A DNA stretch of 64,000 nt. It comes from Iphione sp. A-MEVVRFRX5 (lineage: Eukaryota). The notes below the pieces were generated by a model that was not told where the DNA came from, made no database searches, and saw only the letters and a program-made list of their open reading frames with translations. Positions 41,462 through 53,500 of the stretch are shown piece by piece (positions within the stretch are counted from its first letter, which is position 1; the number at the start of each line of letters is the position of its first letter). The DNA is taken from positions 115,258,001 through 115,322,000 of the forward strand of contig OZ320313.1 in assembly GCA_976226885.1 (NCBI GenBank), read 5' to 3'. A program made the translations under genes and the position numbers.

Positions 41462-43069
41462 AGTTTGCGTTCAGCATGGTGTGGAGGTGAAGGAGAAGCA
41501 GCCATGCATGAGTTTTCTAAACGACATGTTTTTATACTTTCACTTCTGGAAACATGTTGTTCCAGACGAACCGAGTAAAGTTTTTTCATCCTCCTCCTCC
41601 TCCATGTCGTCTATGGCTTGAATACTTGTTGGTCTCGTCACGTCGCCCCTGACGGGTGCAGCGAACAGAGGTACAGCTAACTGTGTACGTGGCGCATAGC
41701 GTTGGCGGAAGCCACGCGGAGACACCGCTAAGCTCACATGCGCTGCCTGGTGGGGCCCAAGAGTCGCCACGGAAAGGCCTTTTGTTGACTCAGCATACTC
41801 AAATCGTCTGTAAGTTCTAACACCCTTTTGTTATGGATGTTTTTTTTCCTGACTCTCCTTTCATTTGGCATACATGTAATACTCCAAGGTATACGCATAA
41901 GAAGCCGCTACTGCCTCCAAACCCCATTTGATTATCACAGCCTTTATCTAAGAAAAAGATGATATTCATAAAAGCCTAATTTATATAAAATATGCTCAGA
42001 ATAACTCCAACCTAGAAGGCCTACATTTTCAAACAATAGTAAGTTATCTGTCTCATGATAAGAAATCCAAAGACCCACACAATACTCCTGGCTGACACAG
42101 ATACACAGATTGTCTGGAGGTCTTACCTGTAGGTCTACCAAACTGCACTTGGTGTAGTCATCCATAACGGGCTTATCACCCATTTAACTCACAATCACAA
42201 TTGAAAGATATAAATGGCCGTTAGCTAGATTGGAGTCAGGCGTTGGTATAACTCATCTTTTTTTAATTCACTGTTTTTCATATTTAGACAGGAGAATTCA
42301 GCTGTCTTTACAACTCTTCTTAAATGATCTCCTGGGATAGCATGCCCCCATTACTGATAATTCAGAGACAAGAATATTTGGGGTTGCCCGCTGCTCTTAT
42401 TTCAAACAGATTTCTGCAGCATCTTTCATTGCATAGCAGACAGGAATCTATACAAGCATGGCCTTCATGACAAGTTGTGGATCAAGCTTGGCAAGGGCCA
42501 CAGTAAATCTGTCTCGTCATGACCAAACATTCCCATGCCCAGGCTAGGATACTCATAACCTAAAACCGTTGGCTTAGTTGTCCAGTTCATTGACGAACGG
42601 GATTCCCATTGCTGCTGTGCCCTGTTGACTCATCCATTGTCCCAAATGGCCGAGGGTCCCTTTGAAGAAGCACATGGCTAAAAATTATGTTCTCTTATGT
42701 TAAGAAGCTACGATGGCTGGGTGAGAGCCTTAGTGCTTTGGGCAAGACAGAAGGGCCTGTATGACCCAAAATGTGAAGATGGAAGGTTGTCAATGCACCT
42801 ACCAGACCACAGCCCAGCCGACGTCCAGCACCAAAGGGGTCTCTGTTCTACCGTACAGGGAAGAGATGCACCCAATGGAAGGGATTTGTATAGGAACTCG
42901 GCCTGCCTCACTGTGAAGTCCAGGTATCAGCACGTTTGATCTCACACTCTTAAAGAAGAAGTACTCCTCTAAGGCCAGGTTTCCATACATGCAGTAACAT
43001 GTGGGAGACTGTGGGAGGTATCTGTGTGTGTCACCATGTGTTGCTTTTTTTTTCAAGTAGTCTCCCACA

Positions 43070-43517
43070 CAGGGGTGTCCTTCAACAATCAATGCAGATC
43101 ACTGCGTTTGATGGCTGGAAATTATGAAAAACGGCAAGAAACGCCAAACAACAGCAAATTTCATGGAAACTGGGCTGAAAAATGGCTTATTTCATGGAAA
43201 TTCAGCCCATAAATAACAAAATTACATGGAAACTGGGCTAAAAAATGGCTCATTTCTAGAAAATTGGCTGAAGAAACAGCAAAAGAATGAATGGAAAAAA
43301 ACTACAGAAAAAGATGGACATAGGTGGACATGTGTGGAAATGTCCATAAATCATGTTGGAAGTCAGTAAAATGAGTAAATATGAAGAAATAACTGTGCAT
43401 AGCTGTGTGTTTCTGTGCTTGTGCAGTAAATTATCGGGAAGGGACCAAAAATGGGCAATGCACTGTAGCGCGTGTAAATGCACACGTACACCTCACTGCA
43501 CACAAAGGACACCCTTG
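43070..43517. mobile_element. Possible old MITE or non-autonomous hAT-like DNA element
   Basis: 13-bp terminal inverted repeat with 1 mismatch: caggggtgtcctt (43070-43082) and aaggacacccttg (43505-43517). It contains internal direct and inverted repeats. No matching target-site duplication is visible. Confidence 0.3.
43156..43263. repeat. ~45-bp direct repeat (63-bp period) with nested inverted 9-mer
   Basis: aaatttcatggaaactgggctgaaaaatggcttatttcatggaaa (43156) versus aaattacatggaaactgggctaaaaaatggctcatttctagaaaa (43219). tgggctgaa (43171) is inverted as ttcagccca (43201). Confidence 0.8.
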
Positions 43518-46291
43518 AAATCAGTTTGCTGTTAAAAATGCATGGAGATGCATGGCAAAGCACACAGACATTGTGCATGTAAGGAAACTGGGCCTTACTC
43601 TAGAACAAGTAAAGATAAGTTTTTCTAATCACAAGCGCCTTCCGTGCCTGCACTGGTTGATTAGGGTGTGTGTGTGGTTGGGGGGGGCTGTCAGAGATGG
43701 GGGAAGGTTAAAGACCAGACTGCCCTGCATTTACAACCCTTGATTCTGCTTGACTGGACATGGACATGCATATTGATATTACACCCAACTGAAAAAGTAG
43801 TGCCAGACTTTTGTCCTGATTTCTTTTATATTTTGCTTGCTACCTTCAAACATATGGTAATGTCTTTTTTTTTCTAAAAAGGATGAGCACAGCATGTGAG
43901 AGAAAACAAATCATTAGGTTTTGAAAGAGTCTCATACACATGAGATTTTCTCCCATGGCTGGCCTACTTTGGGACAACATTTTATATAGGTAGTGTAACC
44001 ATCACCCTGCATTCCTAATATGAACTGCAAATTCATAGCTGTGGTCGTTATTTCCGAAGGCTTCCTCTAGAGTTGTTTTTATACTACATAAAGTGCCATA
44101 TTGTTACGTATCACTACAAAAAATTGCATCTCTTGATTATTTTCAAGTAGGAGGTAAATTTAAATAATACTCACCCAGTGTTACACTTCAAATTTGTCAC
44201 TTTTTCTTGAGCAGATAACCCGGTGGTAGTTCATTGCACGCTCAATACAGTCGTGTTAGGCATGTATACCACTAACCGGATACAGGTTAGCAGCATACTA
44301 TGGCAATAAGATATTAAAACACCTTCTATGCGAACATTTCTGGGAGAAAGAGACTTATGAGCATTTATTCGAAGATTGGGCGGTGTCTTACAACGCATAT
44401 TAATATTTAGTAGGTCTCCTTTCTCAATGACAAAAGTCCTTTATTGAAGATATAATTCCGTACGAATATAATGAACGTCTGCCGGAAGAAGTCTTAAATA
44501 TTTAAACAGAACGACCAAGGGACAAAGTTGTACACAAATAGATGACACGTCTACGTAATTATCCACATACATCAGCAACCAGGGAAGTCAGCGTGCTGCA
44601 ATCATGATATTCCTTCCATAGAATTCTCCTTAGCGTTTAGCAGACCTATTGCAAACAGACATATGAGTGGAATGTACCTTTTATGCATACAGGTTACCCT
44701 ATCACAAAGGCGAGAGTGTGGGTCATAACAAAATGATCCCTGCAGTGCTGGAAAATAATCTGTCTTAGAAACTACATACGACCTGCCTTTTATATGCAAA
44801 AGTCCATGAAAATCTGAGTCGACTCTGACGACCTGTAAAGATGAGAACACAACAAGAGTATTATTTCAAGAAATCTTAAGAATCTAGGAATTCTATATAT
44901 GCGGCTGGAAATACCTTTTCAGTTTTATGCAAAACGAAGAATATCCCTATCAGGGTGCATGTCAGTCTTTTTCCCGCATGAACTTCTCAGCCTTCTCTAA
45001 TCCAAATAATCAGCAGTAATGTCTCCTTATAAAAAGGGAGACATTACGGTTGCCTCTACATTTTTACCGGAAGGGTAATATTGGTTTTCTAAACGGCAAT
45101 GATGAAATGGTAATTTGATCAATGCTTATTATTTCCCGATGGCAGCTTTCACGACGCCGTATTTATGAGTTTTTCCAATAAACAGATGTAAGCCACAGAA
45201 ATATTAGCAAACATCTGTTTTTACGTCGCATTACATGGAGAGCCTTGCTAATCGGAACCATTTTCGTGATGACTGTAACCTAGAAAGCTCTGTCAGTGGC
45301 AGGCACTACTAGACATGCTGCCATTAATCATCGCCATCTCCATCACATGAAGAGATGCGCTCAAGCTCAAAAACCCCAATCGTATCAGCACTTGCAATTA
45401 TACCAACATCCCAAACCACAAAATGACCCTGCTACTACTCGTCCGCTACAACCAAACATGCCCTGGTTTAATGGGGAAAAAACCTAGTTGTCCGCACTAG
45501 CAAATTATAATGTAACCACATGGTTAAGTAGGAATTTGGTTAGGGAAGTACATAGGTGGGTCTAGTGATGGCAATAGAAAACAGTGACTTGTACAAACAG
45601 GGAAAAGGTTACAACGACCACACATCCTCATGCTGACTTCGACAATCATGTCGAGAAAATCTCACACTCCTGACCATCCACTCCCATGGGCGACGGCAGT
45701 GAAGGAGCTTTGTGGACGGGCGATCGTAAAACGAGTAATGGGACAGTGCGGTAGAGCCGTGGGGTTTATTCTTGATGTCGAGATTGCCTGCTTAGATCAT
45801 GCAAGGCTGCCATGATCGCCTGTCCCCTCGGGAGTGGATCCGATAAGCAGCCGTAGGCCATAGAGTATTTTAGTTCCGCTGAAAGAAAAGAAAATCGCAT
45901 GCTGCACGTATAACAAACCCTCACCAGACGCGTTCACGCCGCTCTAATGGGTTATTAGAATTATTAAATGAGCATTGAAAATGTGATCAGGGAGAACGTG
46001 TAGAGCAAAGGATCTCCGAAATTGGAGCTCGAGAATCTATTACATTTCATCTGATCAAAAATCTGATTAAAGTGAGGTCGAATCCTAAAGATTCAAAGAT
46101 TTTCGTACATAAGACATGCATTCCGCTCACAGGAGACGCGCATTATCGAATAAGAGCCTGTTCCATCAGAGCATTCTGTTATTAACCAAGGATGATAAAT
46201 ACACTTGGATGAAATATTCTGTGCATGGAGGCACAGAGTGTTCGACATTTTCAATAATTTCACAAGGTAAGAAAGTATTGTCTGTGTGTTG

Positions 46292-46292
<1 letters not shown>

Positions 46293-46381
<89 letters not shown>

Positions 46382-46384
46382 GAC
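46293..46384. repeat. Compound microsatellite (AG)n(ACAG)n
   Basis: About 23 AG units followed directly by about 9 ACAG units. It generates the ERERE/DRQT and SLSL shadow ORFs in the track. Confidence 0.95.
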
Positions 46385-47466
46385 GAAGAGGGAGGGAGAC
46401 TGGGCTCTGTAACAGTGACAAATCACTTTCATTAGAGCAATCATTGGTATCAAAAGAACATCCATTCGAGGCATACATGCACGTTGAAGAGAAATATTAG
46501 TGAACTAACAGTATCATTCACATATCATCACGACATAGGTAAATGAATGATGAATCAATTATAGCAAAGGTCCGATCCGTAAATCAGCAATTACTGTCAA
46601 TATTGTTATTTCCTCGTCAAATGCATAACCTAATTAATATACCCATTTTGTTCAATCATATCCAACCATTATATGATGAGAAATTCCTTCCAGGAAAGAC
46701 ATTTATCTAAGCTGTGACAATGAAAATTCACTGTTTGCCTTTGAATGAGACTGAACAGCATCATTGCAGTCCGCAGCTAAATAGGCACAAAAAAGAAACC
46801 CTCATGAAATAATATACATAAACTTGTAGGTCTTTGTAGATATTTTTTAAAGAATCATATGTAAAAAAAATTAGTTTTCGTTATGATATACAGTCAGAAA
46901 TCGAAATTACTAGGATATTGAATCATACTTATATAAATTATTTTGAACCGTTTTGATCAAAGGAATCCATTTAGAAATCGCATATTTCCCATAAGTGAGT
47001 GTTTGGAGTCTTCATTGTACATATACATGTATTTACATCTCATAAATTCGTATGCAGATGTACGTACATATACATGTATATCATTTATCACACGTGTAGG
47101 GCACAACTTTGACAAGGACGTAATTCATGGACCTATGTAGATCAGCTGCCCCCTAAATTCCTGTCAATGATAACTCTTGGAGAGCACTGTTAAAACCAGC
47201 CGGGTTCATAGTTTTTATCTGGACACCTGCACAGTTGATTACTTTCGTGAGTGACGGCTACGGGACCGGCTGACATAAAATGTTGGCTGCTAACCAGAAT
47301 CTAAAGCGGAATTCTTTTTTCATCAAGAGGGGGAGGCAGTGGAGAATTAGATGCACCATGGTGGGCAGGTGCCAATTTCAGATTGAGAGGGGCCAGGCGT
47401 GCCCGAAAAAGTCACGAATTCCTCTCAGGCAAGATGCTGCAGTCCGTTCGTGATAAATGATGCGTG

Positions 47467-47519
47467 TGCGCATGCGTGACCGCTAGCTGATCACGTGCCT
47501 CCGCTCTCAACCAATGATG
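47467..47519. promoter_or_regulatory. Intronic cluster of NRF1-like, E-box and NF-Y motifs
   Basis: TGCGCATGCG at 47467-47476, CACGTG at 47492-47497 and AACCAATGA with CCAAT at 47511-47515, all within about 50 bp in a CpG-richer patch. Confidence 0.4.
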
Positions 47520-50500
47520 AAGGAGAAGGTTGGAAGTACTCAAGTGTTAAGGCGTGAAGGCGGGCCAGAGGGCCCATTAATGAGGGCCTACCTCCTTCTG
47601 CCACAGACGGCAGTCATCGACTAAATTATACATTCAAATGACACTTTGCAGAAGTTCCTCATGTTCCATATTGTTCGCCTCGTTCTTCATACCGCAATAA
47701 AAGTCCGCGTTTCCCCCGTATAGGTATATGCTCATCACAACTTCGCCCGTATTCACTTGTGTCTATTGAATAAAACCCATTTCGTCCTCCAGGGTAGCAA
47801 ATTATGGAGACACTGTACGGGCTTTGCAATGTGCCTGACAAAATTCTGTGCAGAATGCCACGGCAACGGTGCATGTACTGAGGTCACAACTGCAAAGACT
47901 GTATAAAATGTTCTTCCTAAAATATTCTTAAGAGCACAATAATTCTAAAATCGATGTTGATTTTCACTTTTGGAATCATGCATTTCAGCATTTGGCCTTT
48001 CTGATTGTCATTCAAGCGTTCATCTTCACCATGAACGTTCCTTATTTACACGGTTCAATTTACCGACGTGGGAATGGTCAAAGCATTGTATAAGCATGAA
48101 CACTACTGGGGCTGATTGAAAACCTCCTATTTGTCACAGTCAGCCGAGGTGTGGAGGTAGAATCACGCGGCTTCAATTGTCTACGAACACAGGGATTATG
48201 TTACGTTGGTCGCAAGGTCATTACATTCCTTACACTACTTGGGTTTCCTTTTGCCAGCGTCAGGAGCCGGTAATTCCCATGGTGCCAAATTGCTCTCTCT
48301 ATAACAGACATCAGTCTTCCCACAACGATATTCGAATGGCATCATAGAAAGGTAGTCTAGTTTGAACCTTGCCTCAGACTGGGAACGATTTGGCTAAAGC
48401 CAGATGGATATTGATAAATACCCAACAGGTGCGAAAGATTCGGGTCGGCCGTGAAGAAGACGGAAGAGTCTGTGTGTTACTGCAGGCCTTCACTGCTGTG
48501 ATTAAGCATGGATCAGGTGAGCTAACACTGCGGAGCTGGTGATGGTTTCACGTCAAGCTATAGCGCTATGTAAATAACGTATAATATGAATGAAACCATC
48601 ATGACGTTGTATTCTACATTGATCCTTTTCTATTTTTCACTTCCAACTTTCCAATCGTCCTTCTTTTCACATATATTGGTGTGTCGAAACATCTTTGGGT
48701 ACATACAAAGAACGTACATATACATACAATGTATATGTATATGGGCAAATGAACTTATGACCTGATACTAGTATAGTGAACAACAATAGACAATGTTTCT
48801 CTAATACGAACGAATCCGTCCTGGTTGTATTCCATATGATCCAAATAACGATGGTTTATATATAGATGGCTCACCGTCGAAATATCCATCAGACAGTTGC
48901 CAATAGGATTATCACTACGGTGTGGTATTTTGCGTGACAAAGAAAGAAGAGAAAGACCCCAGTGTCTTTTTACTCAACAGGAAAGGACCTTTGAAAGCCT
49001 ACTCCCAATTGCTCATTTTGATAAAAGAAAGTGCTTATTGTGTCGCTTGTCTTTTCCTCCTTGACACCCTTACTAACTTAAATGAGGTTTCGACACACTA
49101 TCCTCTCGTCGGGGTGACTACCATTGTTTTGATTGCAACGATTATCCACAAATGCTGTGTGCTAGCCATATATCATTCCTTCCTCTGAACAAAGAGCGGT
49201 GTGTTATTCGAAAGGAAACGGGCCGCACAGTTTAAGTATTTTCAACTTAAACGAATTTTTCCTCTAAACGTTAAAATATACTTAACCCGTACAGATAGTC
49301 TTCCTGCTCGAATTGTCGCGGTTCATTAAGGCAAGACAAATTAAGATATTCCAATAATTGTCTTAAGATGCGATTTCGCTGCACACTCCAGGGAGGGCAA
49401 ACACGATTTGCTGCATTGAATTATCCCATAACAAAGTGAAAAGAAACTATAATGAAGGGATTTAGGTGCTGCGAAATTGAACCAAATGAAATGGTTTGTC
49501 GGCGAAATTGCTTTCCGGTGCGCTTGGCTTTGTGTGCTACACACAGCCAGTCCAACTGTTAATGCTCATAAGCTTCTTCTCGTTGCCAAACGAGCAACCG
49601 GAAGCCTCTTCGTGCTGTAACTGTGTACTGCTGAGAGTAACTACCCGCTACTCTTGTTGGGTTAGGATTTTTCCAATAAGAAGTTTTTGAGGGGTCGACG
49701 GAGGCCGGTATTTGTTTTCTTTCATCGAAACGGCAGTTGTGTGTCAGCTGCTAATATTTATGCATGCTTATACTATCATTTCCCGAAGGAAAATGGAGGG
49801 ATTGCTGCTTCTGACGCGTTGTAAATTGCAAAACCGTGTTGTTTTACTCTTCTTTTTCAATCTGTTGTGAAGAGCTGTCGACAGAACAATTAATCGAAGT
49901 TAAAAATAGGTGTCCATACTAATGTTTTATTGAAAGCGCCTTTCTCTAGCTCACCCGATCTATTTGCCCCATGCTATAGATGCTCTTTCTTTTTCTTCGC
50001 TCCCCCTGTCTGCTTATATCACAGTATATTTGGTAGATTGGAATTTAAGTCGGGTAAAATAAGGGACTGTCTAGCGTAACGCTGATGTAATGTAGTGCGG
50101 CAGTATCAAATCAGGCAGTTTCATTATTGAAGACGAGCCGCTGGGGGCGGTCGTTTCTACATCCATAAAACCGTCTTAGCTCTGACCTTGATAGCTGAGC
50201 ACCCATTGCCTGTCCGCCCAGTTCCGGCTTAGGCCGGATCATCGACACGGTATTAGGTGGTTTATCTCCCGAAGACCCCTCCTTCCTTCAAACTCTTGAG
50301 CCCTAGACAGTTTAAATCAAGTAAAGTTGCAGGTGCTGGGTGGCGGAGCTCAGGTCAGACGTGGTCAGAGGAGGTTGCCAATGGGGATAGCAAGGAGGAG
50401 GGCGGAGGGGACGCACGGAGTGAGAAGTAGGGGAGAGATCAATACAGCAGCTATGGAAGACCCTTGTTCATGTTGATGCCTCAATCTTCTCTTATCCAAA

Positions 50501-53500
50501 CGAATGCATGTTCTGTCATACTAACAGGAAAACGAGGACTTCTGCGGTGACGTGCAATCCAAAAATGAAATAGCTGTCAATGTTTCCCAATCTTAATAGC
50601 ACATCTCCCTTTACAGTTCCAAAACAAACAAGGCTTTATTGATAGCCTGGACAAAAAGGAAGCTAAAGTAAGAACAGTTTGTTGAGGGCATGCATGAAGA
50701 TAACTAAGGACCCCCAACTAGACAACACCGAGATCACGACTTATCTGGAGGGTGAAGAAAACACCGCTGGAGTAGAAGGACGGTTATGGGAGTTCCTTAG
50801 AGCGCTGTGTCCGTCAATGACGCGTCGTCGGACATGCCATGCGCATGCCTGTGGCCAGGGCGTGCGGCGACCAGGGTGCCAAATGAAAGCAGCCAAGCAC
50901 GCGTAGCAAATGGGTGACGGAAAGAAAGCACATTCCGGACTAATCGAACATTTACTGTTGCTGGCATGCCGAGATCGTCGTTTCACGGTCTCCAGAAGAT
51001 GCCCCTTATAGTTCGCATCCCTGTCCTTCGCACCCAACACCTCGCTCCACCACCGCCACCACCCACCCCCACATGGGGCTGTTGCAAGGCAATTCCTATC
51101 AGTCCACGATAACGCCCAGCTCGAAAGGAGGTGGCCGTATGTAAAGAGTATAGGGTGTCATAACAATATATACTAACAATATGATGATTGCTTTCAAGGT
51201 TGGACACCGAAAGGGACAATAATACACTTCATCTTAATGACAACCATCAGCCCAAAATGAAAAAAAGGAAGAAGAGGACAAATGAACATGGAGAAAGGCA
51301 ATAGAGGAGAGAACATATGTACATAAAACATATGTATATGTAACGTGATCGATGTTAGTGCCTAGTATAAAAAGAGCATTCAGCATCATTTGTGATGTAA
51401 AGATAGTGATTTATAATCCCGAGCCAAATTCTTGTCATGTCTTGGCCTTCCTCCTTAAGCCTCTTGCCAGCTCAAGCAGAAGACAACTTTGATCTTCAAG
51501 GAATGACTTTAGAAGGACACCATTCAACGGACCTTTGATCTGGAAGACTGATATAAAAATAGGGGAGAATGGGCCGTACAAGCGGTTGGGCCCAGTGGTC
51601 GAGCTCTTTGAGCTGGCATATGAAGATTTGCTTATCAAAGGACTAGTACATCGAGTAACATATTGTAAAGTAAGTGTCCTTCAATCGGCTCCTGGAGCAC
51701 GTCTGCCAGCTACTAGACGGCATCTTCTTTATGCACATGTAGTACTTAATAGACCATGTATGTCGAAGGACTGATCTCTGAAATGGCCTGCTGATAATCC
51801 TCCTTAGAACATCGATTGGGTGTGTCAGCCTTGCCGCTTGGTTTGACAAGGAGGGGAAAGGAATAAGGACCAATCAATCAGAGACCCTGGATGCATTGCA
51901 TGGTTCACTTTCCAGCTTTACAGCTGAGGGGATCTCGGGGCAGCCATGTATGAAGGAGCTTCAAGGGGACGATGCCAAGCCTTGCGATGTGAGCACCATC
52001 AAAAGACATGTTGTAAATGAATGTAATTAAACACTCTATGACCTCCCTTCAAGGCCGAGCGAAAAAGGATTCGGGGGCTCTTGTTGACAGCACCACAGGT
52101 GTGAGACTAGGAGAGATATAATGCATCTGACTATACACAGCTGGCACAGCAGGCACGCCACCTGCTGTGAACGCACTGCGTATAGATAGGTTACGAAATG
52201 GCTATTGGAATCGTGACACTTTAAGGCAGATGTGCTGGGGCAAAGCTATACATGCGTATCTCTATACGTACCCACATGCAGAGAGAGTTATAAACGCGTT
52301 TGTCTTGGCTTAAGAATATTTTCCATTGTCGATGCAGCTGCATCTGGAATGAAATGCACACTGACACCCTCGGCTCTGCTCCTGTTCTTTTCTCTCAATG
52401 GAGCGGATACTGAAGCCAGAGTGTTAAAAAAGTAACGTAATCAAGGGATTCCCGGGGTGGGAACCCGCAGAGTTAATACCACGTACGCTCAGGACGGCGT
52501 GCTTCTAAAGCTTCAGACTCCCCTGGAGCCCGACAATTCCTACCACGTGTGTCTGGGTCCTATAATATTGCCACATCTACGGTGACATCCATATCAATTG
52601 GCCGGCGTGTAATTTCGGGGCTGCCTGCAAAACAGCAGTTGTTGCTGGATTGACAGGCTACTGACAGACCAGGGATTACTGTATTTTAAGATCACATATG
52701 CAAACAGCTGCATACATTGGCCTCGATTGATGAGACGGGTGAATATGTAACCCCAGCGGCAAGGGTGTGGGAAGAGGTGTCGCTGCAGGGGCAATCGTGC
52801 TTGGAATTTATTTTCAAGGTGCTTTTCCAGAAAAAAAGGTGACAAATAAGCCTCATGAGCGTCAGACTCCATTATATCGCCTTTCATCAGGTTTCTCGCG
52901 GAGGTTCGCCAGATTCCTACATAAAATTCCATGGCCCCCTGGATTATGCATCTTTATCTATAACGGATATATTATAAACCCGTAGTACATAAACATATTA
53001 TGTATGTTTCTATAATGTATATTGTACACAACAGCATTAAGATAACACCTGCTACACGTGCGACAACGCATGGGTAAAACAAATAGCCCTGCTTAACTAT
53101 TGGCTCAAGTGGTATTGGCCTACATCAAGAGTTCATCGTTTTTCTGCATTATGTTCGTGAATATGTAGCAGTCTGAGATTAATGAATTCAATCTACACTT
53201 TATTAAGAGTTTCACCCTTCGTTTGGAATGCTATTCGTGAGAAATGTGCATAGTCAAACGTATCCGTTAAACAAGGCACCTGCAATATCCATGACAGTAT
53301 TTATGGTCCCTCACCATAAGGAGGGAATCTCAGGAATGCTGGCTGTCCAACCCTTTGACCTTCTGACCGGGTGATAGTCCACGCAGAATTCGTCAAAAAT
53401 AATCTTGCTTCTAATCGCTGTAAACCTTCTAGAAAATTTCTAAAAGACATAATATATCATGAGAACTTACCATCATTGTAAAGTGCGTGATTTTTTAGAT

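Noticed and set aside
41540-41807. Minus-strand open frame RFEYAESTK...DDMEEEEDEK with a ttacAG acceptor
   Set aside because: It has a stop in phase 0, so it cannot follow the signal exon; donors are weak and there is no homology.
45016-45047. 11-bp perfect hairpin gtaatgtctcc/ggagacattac
   Set aside because: Borderline chance expectation; no downstream CTRR for a Helitron 3' end; too short for a pre-miRNA.
46116-46478. ORFs with ERERE/DRQT/SLSL runs
   Set aside because: Translations of the (AG)n(ACAG)n microsatellite.
34642-48084. Exact 16-mer tgggaatggtcaaagc at 34676 and 48069 (TEAD+TCF-like composite), variant at 34642
   Set aside because: About one exact 16-mer repeat is expected by chance in a window this size, and the flanks do not extend.
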